This document shows, piece by piece, positions 27,204-36,615 of a DNA stretch of 64,000 bases (the first letter of the stretch is position 1; each line of letters opens with the position of its first letter). The notes below the pieces were generated by a model. The model did no database searches and was not told the DNA's origin. It saw nothing but the letters and a program-made list of their open reading frames with translations. Position numbers and translations under genes: made by a program. Source of the DNA: an uncultured candidatus Porisulfidus sp. (GTDB taxonomy: Bacteria > Pseudomonadota > Gammaproteobacteria > Poriferisulfidales > Oxydemutatoraceae); NCBI GenBank assembly GCA_965215125.1, contig OZ244052.1:1440001-1504000 (forward strand). Direction: 5' to 3'.

Positions 27204-28604
27204 TTAATCTTTCCAGCCCAATAATTTATGGCTTTCCGATAAGAAGAAATCATGGTAACTATCGGGCGGGTGGTCCTTAAAGTTGCCTTGTTTATCAAAA
27301 CACAGATTGTGGACATCTACATCTTTACCTTGTGCTTCCAAATAGATCAACGAGACATCCTCCGGTTGTATGTTGCCTTTCATGATATCGATGCAGGCTC
27401 GATTAACCATGTAATCGCTGTGTGTTTCTATAATAAAAGTATGATCTTTTTGTTTTGCCAATGTAGCCAATAATGATATGAAAGCCGCTTGGGCTTTAGG
27501 ATGCAAATGTACTTCCGGCTGCTGCATTAAAAAAACATGTTTTGGCAAAATAATCTTTTTCTGTGTCAGTATGCGCACAAGCAAAGGTAGTATCTGACTG
27601 ATACCATAACCCACATCTATCAGATTCGTGGATGTCCCTTTTCTAATTTTAAGTTGTAATTGAAACGGGTCGCTTGATGAGCTACTAAATTTCCTTACTG
27701 TAATGTCGGTAAATAAGCCGGATGTTGTGCCGAAATCTTTAAGTTTTTGACATAGTTTTTTCCAATTTTCAGGTTTTTTAATGCTTAAATCTCTAAGTAT
27801 TAGAGGAATCTCGCTACCAATTGAGGTTTCAGTGTCGCTCAAAGGATCGTAGGTTCTTTGAGGTTCAGAGCGGATAGGTGCGAAACTAGAACATTGAAAG
27901 TGGAAACGTAATGACCGATAGAAATTTTTCTCCCTAATAAATTCAATAAATTGTTTTTCCTCAGGACTAAGTTCTTCTTTTTCTTCTCTAACTTCAGAAC
28001 TAAGTTCTTCTTTTTCTTCTCTAAAATGACGATATCTGAAATAACGAGTATAGTGATATATTTCACGCATTATCACATGAAAAAATGAGCGATGCTGATA
28101 TTCTTCTAAAAGGATAGTGAAAATTTTCTTGGAATTATGCTCTTCAATTTTAATTTCCAATGTTTCATTGTCTCTGGCAGTGCCGGCATTAAGAAATATT
28201 ATCTCCCCATCATCAAAAATAAAGTGAACCTTTGTTTCGACAAGGTTCGTGCCATTGACTTGTTCGCTGAAAGTAACCAGCAATTCACATTTTGATGCAT
28301 TATCTCTCTCAGGAATCAATTCAAAACCTAATTCAAATTCCTTGTTTTTGGGTCTTGCTCTTCTTGCGATATTTTCAAAGCTTCCCATTTGAAAAGGCTC
28401 TAAGTTGAAGTTTATTGAAGGTTCACCTCTAGGAAAGTAAGTACTTCTCTTGAGATGTTGCACTATCGCTTGAAAACAACCCAAAACAGTTGATTTGCCG
28501 GTGCTATTTTCTCCGACCAAAAAAGTTAATGGCCGTATATCGAATTCCTTCTTGCCTTTGAAGCAACGTACATCTTTTAGTATAAATTTATTAATTTCTA
28601 GCAT
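27204..28604 (-). CDS. ABC-type ATPase (AAA_15/AAA_21, DUF3696-like C-terminus)
   Basis: GENSTGKS, signature DVGYGISQILP, QQPEVHLHP, IIETHSD. Confidence 0.88.
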   Translation of the reverse strand: MLEINKFILKDVRCFKGKKEFDIRPLTFLVGENSTGKSTVLGCFQAIVQHLKRSTYFPRGEPSINFNLEPFQMGSFENIARRARPKNKEFELGFELIPERDNASKCELLVTFSEQVNGTNLVETKVHFIFDDGEIIFLNAGTARDNETLEIKIEEHNSKKIFTILLEEYQHRSFFHVIMREIYHYTRYFRYRHFREEKEELSSEVREEKEELSPEEKQFIEFIREKNFYRSLRFHFQCSSFAPIRSEPQRTYDPLSDTETSIGSEIPLILRDLSIKKPENWKKLCQKLKDFGTTSGLFTDITVRKFSSSSSDPFQLQLKIRKGTSTNLIDVGYGISQILPLLVRILTQKKIILPKHVFLMQQPEVHLHPKAQAAFISLLATLAKQKDHTFIIETHSDYMVNRACIDIMKGNIQPEDVSLIYLEAQGKDVDVHNLCFDKQGNFKDHPPDSYHDFFLSESHKLLGWKD

Positions 28605-28763
28605 TGTTATCGTTTTAGTTTGTTTGGTTTAGATTGAAAATTCGACAAGTTATCGGTTGCTTAAGTATAAGACTTATACGATAAGTGTGCAAATTATCAT
28701 GCAAATCCAACCCCATACTTCATACCCTATATTCGTGTCAACGCGATATAATACCCGAGTGCT

Positions 28764-28840
28764 CGGGGTATAGCGCAGTCTGGTAGCGCGCCTGCTTTGG
28801 GAGCAGGAAGTCAGAGGTTCGAATCCTCTTACCCCGACCA
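28764..28840 (+). tRNA. tRNA-Pro(TGG)
   Basis: Cloverleaf; anticodon arm CCTGC-TT-TGG-GA-GCAGG; GTTCGAATC; CCA end. Confidence 0.97.
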
Positions 28841-28869
28841 TTTATGTATGATGATTGAAATCTGTATGT

Positions 28870-28946
28870 GCGCCTGTAGCTCATTTGGATAGAGCATCGG
28901 CCTTCTAAGCCGAGGGTAGCAGGTTCGAGTCCTGCCAGGCGCGCCA
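28870..28946 (+). tRNA. tRNA-Arg(TCT)
   Basis: Anticodon arm TCGGC-CT-TCT-AA-GCCGA; GTTCGAGTC; CCA end. Confidence 0.97.
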
Positions 28947-29009
28947 TAGAGAATTGTTGTCGTTTATGCGGGCAACTACGATGACGCAGATTATAATGGT
29001 TTTAGACAT

Positions 29010-29086
29010 GGTGGGCGTAGCTCAGTCGGTAGAGCGCAGGATTGTGGCTCCTGAGGTCGTGGGTTCAATCCCCATCGTCCACCCCA
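29010..29086 (+). tRNA. tRNA-His(GTG)
   Basis: G-1 present; anticodon arm CAGGA-TT-GTG-GC-TCCTG; CCA end. Confidence 0.97.
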
Positions 29087-29112
29087 TGTCGGTATTGTTC
29101 GCTATCGTTAAG

Positions 29113-29187
29113 AATAGAACTACCGATTGAGCCGGTAGGTCAATCGGCGGTTCTGTTGCGCCTGCCACCCCTCCGAAGGAGGGGAAT
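29113..29187 (+). repeat. Hairpin element fused to a REP-like half unit between convergent tRNAs
   Basis: AATAGAAC-TACCGATTGA-N9-TCAATCGGCG-GTTCTGTT followed by GCGCCTGCCACCCCTCCGAAGGAGGGGAAT. Confidence 0.85.
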
Positions 29188-29216
29188 GGTTAGTTCCTCT
29201 GAAATCGCCGGGGAAG

Positions 29217-29292
29217 TGGCTCCTCGGGACGGGCTCGAACCGCCGACCTAGTGGTTAACAGCCACCCGCTCTACCAACTGAGCTACCGAGGA
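29217..29292 (-). tRNA. tRNA-Asn(GTT)
   Basis: Reverse complement TCCTCGGTAGCTCAGTTGGTAGAGCGGGTGGCT-GTT-AACCACT...GGTTCGAGCCCGTCCCGAGGAGCCA. Confidence 0.97.
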
Positions 29293-29331
29293 ATGTCGAA
29301 TGTGGGTATTCTAACATGCCCCATTATCTTT

Positions 29332-29598
29332 TTATTCTTTGCTTTTATTTCTTAAACGATCTCTAAGATCTATAAAAGCGTTTATTGATTTCAATATGAT
29401 GTATATGACAGAAGCTAATAAACCGAGCAAACCAAGTCCGGTAATGATAGCCGAAAGAATTGGGTGTTCTAACGATGAACCGAATAGCGTTGCTAGCATG
29501 GCGAAGCCTCCTAGTATTATCAGCAATACTAGATCGGCTAAAATGTTAGTTTCTCTTGGTAATGGAAACTGTGGTTGGTTTAAGACCGCTTTTTCCAT
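29332..29598 (-). CDS. Small two-TM membrane protein, hypothetical
   Basis: Two hydrophobic helices and a basic tail; 10 bp downstream of the aminotransferase. Confidence 0.6.
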   Translation of the reverse strand: MEKAVLNQPQFPLPRETNILADLVLLIILGGFAMLATLFGSSLEHPILSAIITGLGLLGLLASVIYIILKSINAFIDLRDRLRNKSKE

Positions 29599-29608
29599 AG
29601 GAAGGATA

Positions 29609-30802
29609 TTATCCGGTTAAAAATTTTCCGATTCTGTCAACGGCTTTTTGTAGTTCTTCGAGGCTCACTGCGAGAGAAAGTCTCAAGTGATTTTCTATGC
29701 CGAAGGCGATGCCCGGTACGGTGCTGACATAGCTCTGGTTTAGCAGTTGCTCGGCAAGTTCCAGGTCATCCGACACATCGGGATGGTGAGCAATAGCTAC
29801 CGAGAAATCGGCAAAGGCATAAAAGCTACCTGCAGGTGTAGGCACTGTGACTCCATCCATGTTATTCAATTCGGAAATTAGGTAGTCGCGTCTTTCGGTA
29901 AAGGCATCTCGCATCGTATGGACATCGTCCAAAGATCCCTCCAGTGCCGCTTGCGATGCTGCCTGCGAGATAGAACAGGGGTTGGAGGTGCTTTGAGATT
30001 GTATTTTTTTCATCGCAGCAATCAATTCGGCGGGGCCGGCAGTCCATCCGATTCGCCAACCGGTCATAGAATAGGCTTTGGAGACACCGTTGACGAGGAC
30101 ACATTGTGAGTAGAGTTCGGGGCATACATTGAGAATATTGCAGAATGCTTGATTGTCAAACACAAAATGTTCGTAGATATCGTCGCTACAAATAACCACT
30201 TGCGGGTGTTTGACCAATACCTCGGCGAGTGCGCTTAATTCGTCTGCATCGTAGACACTGCCCGAAGGGTTGTTCGGGCTGTTTAAGATTAGCATCTTCG
30301 TACGCTCGTTGATGTGTTGTTCTAATTGCTCGGCGGTGATTTTGAAGCCTTGCTCCGAAGTAGTTTCAACACTAACCGGCACGCCATCCGCGAGCTTGAT
30401 AATGTCGGGGTAGCTAATCCAGAAAGGGGCGGGCATGATAACTTCGTCGCCTCTGTTCAGAGTAGCTTGACATAGGTTGTAGAGGCTGTGTTTGGCTCCG
30501 CACGAAACGATGATTTGATTACTTTCATAATCCAATTTGTTGTCGCGTTTCGTTTTAGTTGCGATCGCTTCCTTGAGTTCGGCCACACCGTCGACGGCGG
30601 TGTAGCCGGTCTTATTTTGCGCAATCGCTTCGCATGCAGCTTGTTTGATATGTTCGGGTGTAGGAAAGTCGGGTTGACCTACGGCAAGGTTGGCGATGTC
30701 TTTACCCTGCAAACGCAATTTATTGGAAAGCGCAGAGATGCTGAGGGTTTTAGAAGGACTAATTTTTGAACTTCGTTCCGAAATGATTTGCATAGATTCC
30801 AT
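29609..30802 (-). CDS. PLP-dependent class I/II (aspartate) aminotransferase
   Basis: GQPDFPTP, NSPNNPSG, SDDIYE, SKAYSMTGWRIG. Confidence 0.95.
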   Translation of the reverse strand: MESMQIISERSSKISPSKTLSISALSNKLRLQGKDIANLAVGQPDFPTPEHIKQAACEAIAQNKTGYTAVDGVAELKEAIATKTKRDNKLDYESNQIIVSCGAKHSLYNLCQATLNRGDEVIMPAPFWISYPDIIKLADGVPVSVETTSEQGFKITAEQLEQHINERTKMLILNSPNNPSGSVYDADELSALAEVLVKHPQVVICSDDIYEHFVFDNQAFCNILNVCPELYSQCVLVNGVSKAYSMTGWRIGWTAGPAELIAAMKKIQSQSTSNPCSISQAASQAALEGSLDDVHTMRDAFTERRDYLISELNNMDGVTVPTPAGSFYAFADFSVAIAHHPDVSDDLELAEQLLNQSYVSTVPGIAFGIENHLRLSLAVSLEELQKAVDRIGKFLTG

Positions 30803-30890
30803 GTTTAGCTTTGTGGGGAAGTGTAAAGTATAAGCTATTTTAATATCAAATAGCTATTAGTTTGCTTAAAAATCGGGGTTTTAGAATCGC

Positions 30891-32384
30891 TTAAAATAAA
30901 AACCGCAACTTCAAACGCCACACATGTATATCTCGCTCGGCATCTCCTCTGAGTGCAAAGGCTCTGGACGGGTCGATGACATTGCCGTTCGGGTCTAAGC
31001 CGATATCGTTCAAAGGGTTGCCACCGGTTCCACGATGTTCGGTTTGGGTAAAAAAGTTGAAATTCAAATCATCCATTAGCTTGATGTATTCGTAGCCTGC
31101 CAAAAATTCTATATGGTCGTTGATGCGTTTTTTAGAGCCTATATAAAAGGAGGCAGCCTCATCAAAATTGGCTGTAAATATAGGTGTACGGTCGCCTGCC
31201 ACGATATCACGTATAAAAGCACTTGTGCCTCCCGCACCGTCGGTATCTAAGTAGGAGAGCCGCGAACTTATACTCCAGTCTTGTGGTAATCTACGAGTCC
31301 AGCTTAGATTAACCCCCAATGCCTGTGATGAATCGGTACGTGCAGTGCGTTCCCTAGCCCGAGGCACATCTATGAAATTACCTGTTTGTATTTTTCCGTG
31401 TCTGGCGTGGCTTGCAAACAGTTCTGCACTCCATGTGGAATTTCCTGCGTTATAGACAAAATATGGATTGAACGCGTGCAGTGGCGCGTAGTTCCTTTCT
31501 TCTACCGGGAAATAGGCAAGACCGTAACGCAAATAAGACATATTAATGCCGAGTTGCCACCATTGATCCTGCCGGGTTTCGGTGCGGTAGCTAATGCCGC
31601 CGAATATGTTAGGACCTTGTGGTCTGCTGTAGCTACTACGGTAGCTAAAGAAAGGATTGTACGGGTCGCGCGTATAAGCGAGGTGGTAGGAGAACGAACC
31701 TGTATTGTATTTCGGGCCGTCGCCGTACCAATAGATTCCATGCCTGCGGGTGCCTATGCCAAGGGGATTACAAACATAACCTGTCGGCCGTCCGGTGCCA
31801 TCATCCCAATAGGTATAGCCGCTGAAATAATAGGTTGCAATAGACCGCTCGACCACGGGCAGTGTATCTAAGGCAGCAATTTTTTCCAGCCCGAAAGGTG
31901 CTTTGTCATACCCTACTCTTAAAGTTCCGTGTTGAAACTCGGATTCTATAAAGAGCCTATCCACATATTCAAGCCGCTGACCGTACCCGTTATTACGACG
32001 CGCTAAATCGCTGCCCCATCCTAGACTCAGCTTTGTATTCTCGGTTATAGACCAGTCTAGAGATAATCGTCCTCTGGGAATATGAAAACGCTCAGTGTCG
32101 GTACCGGGCGTCGGGAGACTAAATACGCTGGTTGCATCTTCGCCGGCAATAAAGTCTCGGTTGTCGTGTCCTTGGAAAAAATCTGCTTGTGCCTCCATAG
32201 AACCTTTGAGTATAAAGTTACCCTCCCCGAGTTCTATGCCTTGCCCGCCGCCGTGAGTAGGTTTCGATGTTGCGTACAACGGTAGCGGATTATTCGGTTG
32301 GGCGTAGACCCAGTTACTATAAGACGAAAAGTATACCAAGATGAATGGTATAACAGTAGATGATAAGATTTTGAATTTAAACAT
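30891..32384 (-). CDS. Outer-membrane beta-barrel porin (OprO/OprP-like)
   Basis: Signal peptide, amphipathic strands, KAPFGLE...VVERS motif, C-terminal LKLRFLF. Confidence 0.7.
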   Translation of the reverse strand: MFKFKILSSTVIPFILVYFSSYSNWVYAQPNNPLPLYATSKPTHGGGQGIELGEGNFILKGSMEAQADFFQGHDNRDFIAGEDATSVFSLPTPGTDTERFHIPRGRLSLDWSITENTKLSLGWGSDLARRNNGYGQRLEYVDRLFIESEFQHGTLRVGYDKAPFGLEKIAALDTLPVVERSIATYYFSGYTYWDDGTGRPTGYVCNPLGIGTRRHGIYWYGDGPKYNTGSFSYHLAYTRDPYNPFFSYRSSYSRPQGPNIFGGISYRTETRQDQWWQLGINMSYLRYGLAYFPVEERNYAPLHAFNPYFVYNAGNSTWSAELFASHARHGKIQTGNFIDVPRARERTARTDSSQALGVNLSWTRRLPQDWSISSRLSYLDTDGAGGTSAFIRDIVAGDRTPIFTANFDEAASFYIGSKKRINDHIEFLAGYEYIKLMDDLNFNFFTQTEHRGTGGNPLNDIGLDPNGNVIDPSRAFALRGDAERDIHVWRLKLRFLF

Positions 32385-32489
32385 GTTCCCCCCCTTATGT
32401 TTATGATAAGAAATTTACCATAAACATGAAGATATTACAAAAATCAAGCTATCATATACAGTTCTTGCTAATCACTTTGGGTAAATACA

Positions 32490-33320
32490 ATGGAAAAATT
32501 TAAATGCGCTGCACTGCAAATGAACAGCAGTTCGGACTTGTCGGATAACTTAAAACGCTGTGCAGACTTAATCAAACAAGCGGTTGATCAAGGTGTACGT
32601 TTAATCGTGTTGCCCGAGACTTTTGCCTTTATGGGAAAATCTATAAAAGCACAGTTGGATATTGCCGAGGAGCAGGGACAAGGCAAGATACAGGATTTTC
32701 TTTCTCACCAAGCGGCACAGCATCAAATATATTTAGTGGGCGGTACGGTGCCTACGCAGATAGAGGGGGAGGCGCGTGTTTATGGGACATGTCCGCTTTA
32801 TGACGACAAAGGTGAGTGCATGGCAAGCTATAAAAAAATACACTTGTTTGATGTAGATCTGCCTGAAAAAGCTGAAAGCTATAGAGAATCGTCTGTTTTC
32901 AAGCCGGGGTCCGAAGCGGTCGTTGTGCAGACACCGTTGGGTCGCATCGGACTTGCGGTTTGCTACGATTTGAGGTTCCCCGAGTTGTTTAGACTAATGC
33001 TTTTGGAAGGTACCGAGATTATTGCGTTTCCTTCTGCGTTCACCCAGCATACCGGCAAAGCGCATTGGCATTTGTTACTACGCGCCAGAGCGGTGGAAAA
33101 CCAAGCGTGGGTTATCGGCGCGAATCAAGTAGGCAGGCATGCAAACGATCGCAGTACTTATGGACATAGCGCGATTGTAGAGCCGTGGGGACATATTGTA
33201 GCCGACGCTGAGGGAGATACCGAACAAGTGGTAATCGCCGAGATAGATTGCGAGCAACAAGTGAAACTGCGGCAGAGTTTTCCTTGCTCGCAACATCGCA
33301 GCATAAAGGTGTCTTTTTGA
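32490..33320 (+). CDS. Carbon-nitrogen hydrolase (Nit1/deaminated glutathione amidase-like)
   Basis: E-K-C triad in LPE, YKKIHLFD and CYDLRFPE; RARAVENQ. Confidence 0.93.
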   Translation: MEKFKCAALQMNSSSDLSDNLKRCADLIKQAVDQGVRLIVLPETFAFMGKSIKAQLDIAEEQGQGKIQDFLSHQAAQHQIYLVGGTVPTQIEGEARVYGTCPLYDDKGECMASYKKIHLFDVDLPEKAESYRESSVFKPGSEAVVVQTPLGRIGLAVCYDLRFPELFRLMLLEGTEIIAFPSAFTQHTGKAHWHLLLRARAVENQAWVIGANQVGRHANDRSTYGHSAIVEPWGHIVADAEGDTEQVVIAEIDCEQQVKLRQSFPCSQHRSIKVSF

Positions 33321-33322
33321 TT

Positions 33323-34255
33323 TCAACAAGTGCTGTTGATAAATCTCCGCGCCAAATTGAAATCCATTCTACGACGATAGCGTCCGTCTTCCCGTATGCC
33401 CTTGAAGGGAGTGAGAAAAATATCCTCCGTATTGTATCTGAATGACTCTATCGCATCGTTTAATTTTTTAATCAATACCGATAGCTTTCCGAAGTCTCCG
33501 CTTATGCGCGTGATGAATCTAGACGAGTGTTTAATCCGATAGTCTTTTATATCGTCGGCATCGCAGAACCTGATGCTGGGTTCTTTGGTATTGTCAAAGG
33601 ATATAAACCCCAATTTGCCGTTCGGATCGTTGAAACGCACTCGCCGATCCTGTTTGCGCTCGGGTAATTGCTCTTTGAGCGTATTCAGCATCCCTATGTG
33701 GTCATTGCCGTAATAGATTGAGACATCGTCGCTTGCCTTAGCATTAAATAGTGCAAGACATACGGGGTTTTCGGTATCGTTGAAAATCGTGTCGTGTAAA
33801 AGTATGTAGCTACCGAGTCGTTCTCTAAACAGTCCGCTTTGCAGATAGCTCGCAGGGATCAGCACGGCTACATCTTTGCAGTTGTTTAGACATAATTCCA
33901 AGCAGTGTTTATAGAGGTCGTCGTATTTTGTTTTGGGATAAGGTAAGCCTCTGCGGGTTGCCGAGTTCCGCGCCAGCCATGGCGGATTAGTGATACAGAC
34001 ATCGTACCCTTCAGGGAAACGAGTTATCGTGTTTCTCTCTCTAACCTTCTTGTGGTTTGGTTTGATATCGTAGGAGATAAATTCTCTACACAGCCCTAAA
34101 TCAATCAGTGTATCTATGATGTGATTGGCACCGGCAAACGGTTCTAATATACGAGTTTGGGATATGTTCGCCCGCTTTGCCCATCGTTTGAAAGGCTTTA
34201 ATACGAAAGGATTGCCCAATGTATAAAACCTACCTTGCGCCCGTTTTGAATCCAT
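33323..34255 (-). CDS. Orphan amino (N6-adenine-type) DNA methyltransferase-like protein
   Basis: GRFYT, motif I LEPFAGAN, motif IV TNPPW, DDLYK. Confidence 0.7.
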   Translation of the reverse strand: MDSKRAQGRFYTLGNPFVLKPFKRWAKRANISQTRILEPFAGANHIIDTLIDLGLCREFISYDIKPNHKKVRERNTITRFPEGYDVCITNPPWLARNSATRRGLPYPKTKYDDLYKHCLELCLNNCKDVAVLIPASYLQSGLFRERLGSYILLHDTIFNDTENPVCLALFNAKASDDVSIYYGNDHIGMLNTLKEQLPERKQDRRVRFNDPNGKLGFISFDNTKEPSIRFCDADDIKDYRIKHSSRFITRISGDFGKLSVLIKKLNDAIESFRYNTEDIFLTPFKGIREDGRYRRRMDFNLARRFINSTC

Positions 34256-34331
34256 GCTTTTAGATAATCATATAATTGGGTATTGTGGCAATAGAAAAAT
34301 ACAATGTCAAATACCGATAGCCCTATTGTGC

Positions 34332-35741
34332 TTATGAAATCGGTAATCCTTTGCCGCGATTTAATATATCGTCGGGGTCTAGTACGGCACCGAGTTGTCG
34401 CATCAGTTCTATGGTATGGGGATCTAGTTCCTGCTTGATTAGGTCGCGTTTACTCAGGCCTATACCGTGTTCGCCGGATAGGCTTCCGTTGAGTTTTAGT
34501 GTCAATGCAAATAACTCGGCGAGTGCTTGTTGTGCGTTTTTTTCTTGTTCGGTGTCGTAGAGGATATTGACATGTAGATTGCCGTTGCCGGCATGCCCGA
34601 AATTGACCATGTCTATGCGGTTTTGTTCGGCGATCATATCCAATCCGCGCACCAAATCGGGCAGTGCGGATATCGGCACCACGATGTCCTCGTTGATTTT
34701 GCACGGCTTATAGTTTCTCAACACCGGCGATAACTTTTTTCTGGTTTCCCATAGGGTCTCGCTCTGTCGGGGATCGCTTGCGTGCAATGTGGCATGTAAT
34801 CCTTCGTTTGCCGCCGCTTTATGTATTGCGTCGATCGCGTGTTCCACGGTGGCTTCACCGCCGTCGGCTTCGACGATCAACATTGCTTGTACCTCGGTTG
34901 CAATATCAAGGTCGGTATGATTTTTTAATAATTCCAAGCATTTATGATCCATTAATTCCAGCGCACACGGTGTTTCGTGTTGCGCCATGATGTCGCATAC
35001 CGCCTGCAGTGCGGTTTCCACCGAGCGATAATCCAAGCGCATGCAATGTTTATGCGGGGGCAACTTACCGAGCTTTAAGATTGCTTCGGTGATAATCGCA
35101 AGCGTGCCTTCGGAACCGATGAGTAATCTAGTTAAGTCAAGTCCGACGACGCTTTTGCTGGTGACGGAACCGGTCCACAAAGTCTTCCCGGCACCCGTGA
35201 CCGCTTTGAGTTTCAAAGTGTTTTCGCGTGTTGTGCCGTATTTCACCGCCCTAGGTCCCGCTGCATTGCAAGCTAAGTTTCCGCCTAGTGTGCAGAACTC
35301 TGCACTGCTCGGATCCGGCGGCCAGAATAATTGTTCGGTTGCGCAATAATCTTGTATCGCCTGATTACTAACACCGGTTTGTGCGTGTAAGGTGCGATTG
35401 ACTGTGTCTATCTCTAAAATGCGGTTCATACGCTCCATGCACACTACGACACCGCCGTAAATAGGTACCGTAGCACCCGTTGTATTCGTACCGCGACCGC
35501 GTGGCGTGATAGGCAAACGGTGCGTTCTACACAAGCGGACAATTTCAACGACTTCATCGTGTGTTTGCGGCAAGACTACTGCTGCCGGTTGAGCGTACTG
35601 TTTGCTGTTATCACATCCATAAGGCAGACAATCGGCGGCCTTATGAAGCACCTGACCGTGTTGCCGGCAGATTGCCTCTAGCTGTGATATGTGTTGATCG
35701 TCTAAAGCGACGGGAGAGTCGGGTTGTATTTGATTTTCCAT
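34332..35741 (-). CDS. FAD-linked oxidase, GlcD / D-2-hydroxyacid dehydrogenase family
   Basis: PRGRGT, PPDPSS, CNAAGPRAVKYG, GSEGTL, GHAGNGNLH, SGEHGIG. Confidence 0.92.
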   Translation of the reverse strand: MENQIQPDSPVALDDQHISQLEAICRQHGQVLHKAADCLPYGCDNSKQYAQPAAVVLPQTHDEVVEIVRLCRTHRLPITPRGRGTNTTGATVPIYGGVVVCMERMNRILEIDTVNRTLHAQTGVSNQAIQDYCATEQLFWPPDPSSAEFCTLGGNLACNAAGPRAVKYGTTRENTLKLKAVTGAGKTLWTGSVTSKSVVGLDLTRLLIGSEGTLAIITEAILKLGKLPPHKHCMRLDYRSVETALQAVCDIMAQHETPCALELMDHKCLELLKNHTDLDIATEVQAMLIVEADGGEATVEHAIDAIHKAAANEGLHATLHASDPRQSETLWETRKKLSPVLRNYKPCKINEDIVVPISALPDLVRGLDMIAEQNRIDMVNFGHAGNGNLHVNILYDTEQEKNAQQALAELFALTLKLNGSLSGEHGIGLSKRDLIKQELDPHTIELMRQLGAVLDPDDILNRGKGLPIS

Positions 35742-35787
35742 AAATTGGATGAATGAATGTATAAATCGTGCAGGCATAACGCGTTAC

Positions 35788-35813
35788 GGGCGGACATGCA
35801 AGTCCGCCCCTAC
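35788..35813 (-). repeat. GTAG-type REP hairpin
   Basis: Minus strand GTAG-GGGCGGAC-TTGCAT-GTCCGCCC: a GTAG tetranucleotide plus 8-bp stem. Confidence 0.7.
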
Positions 35814-35849
35814 CACTCTATGAAATACTTTTTCAACAGTCCCAAGTTC

Positions 35850-36113
35850 CTACTGTGCGACCGTCAACACGACACTTGCCAAGAACACGCCGATAATTGA
35901 GGTCATTGCGACGATGCTCCCGATGAATAATGCAACGCCCCACTTACTAATGTCTGCGCGGAGTTCCGATTGGGCTGCTTTTACTTCCGCTATTTCGGAT
36001 CTTATCTCAGCCTTGAAGTCCGACATATCGGATCTTATCTCGGCCTTGAAGTCTGATATGTCAGATTTTATTTCAACTATCATTTCGTATAGTTTTTCGT
36101 TGGTTATATTCAT
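35850..36113 (-). CDS. Small tail-anchored coiled-coil protein (CCDC90/DUF1640/Bdr-like)
   Basis: 11-aa repeat SD(I/M)SDFKAEIR and C-terminal KWG-TM helix; paralog of 55758..56249. Confidence 0.75.
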   Translation of the reverse strand: MNITNEKLYEMIVEIKSDISDFKAEIRSDMSDFKAEIRSEIAEVKAAQSELRADISKWGVALFIGSIVAMTSIIGVFLASVVLTVAQ

Positions 36114-36133
36114 CTCTTTTCTCTTATTGTTAA

Positions 36134-36161
36134 ATTATAAATAAACATCTTGCTAAAGCAA
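36134..36161 (-). promoter_or_regulatory. Sigma70-like promoter TTGCTT-N16-TATAAT
   Basis: Read on the minus strand 20 bp upstream of the ATG; parallels the promoter at 56269-56297. Confidence 0.5.
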
Positions 36162-36219
36162 GGTGTGCTATAGGAGAAACAGTATATTCCGGTGCTTATT
36201 GGGCACGATTCGGCAGACT

Positions 36220-36250
36220 GACGAATGGTAGCTAAAAACCGACGAACGGG
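36220..36250 (-). promoter_or_regulatory. LytTR/AlgR-like direct-repeat operator
   Basis: Minus strand CCCGTTCGTC-GGTTTTTAGCT-ACCATTCGTC, 21-bp period; spacer 9/11 identical to that at 11471-11501. Confidence 0.55.
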
Positions 36251-36263
36251 ATAACGGTATATT

Positions 36264-36614
36264 CTAGGTCTCGCTGGGTCCGTCAAATGCCCCGACAATC
36301 CACTGTGGTTTTGCTTTGCTCTGAATAGCAACAATATCAAAACGGCACGGTCCATCCCACGGATGTGCTTGTAAATAGCTCTCGGCAGTATTCGCAATCC
36401 GAGATTGTTTATGACGGTCAACGCTTTCTGCAGCACTCCCGTAATTATCGTGTTTGCGATAGCGCACTTCAACGAATACCAGAATATCTTTATCTTGCAT
36501 AATCAAATCTATCTCGCCGTGCCGAGAGCGATAATTGCGTGCAAGAAGTTTAAGGCCGTGTCGTTTTAAGTATTTAAGTGCAAGATCTTCGGAGTAGTGC
36601 CGTCGTCCGTCCAT
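36264..36614 (-). CDS. yraN: YraN family protein
   Basis: RNYRSRHGEIDLIM, LVFVEVRYR, CRFD; follows lpoA. Confidence 0.95.
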   Translation of the reverse strand: MDGRRHYSEDLALKYLKRHGLKLLARNYRSRHGEIDLIMQDKDILVFVEVRYRKHDNYGSAAESVDRHKQSRIANTAESYLQAHPWDGPCRFDIVAIQSKAKPQWIVGAFDGPSET

Positions 36615-36615
36615 C

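Noticed and set aside
28738-28947. 69-aa minus-strand ORF
   Set aside because: Antisense shadow of tRNA-Pro and tRNA-Arg
11230-29292. tRNA-integrated ICE with attL/attR
   Set aside because: The block lies 5' of the plus-strand tRNAs, no duplicated tRNA 3' end was seen near 11230-11580, and there is no integrase; a short degenerate att could have been missed by eye
36155-36175. Sigma54 promoter (TAGCAC..TTGC) upstream of the coiled-coil gene
   Set aside because: Lacks the GG-N10-GC spacing; a sigma70 reading fits better
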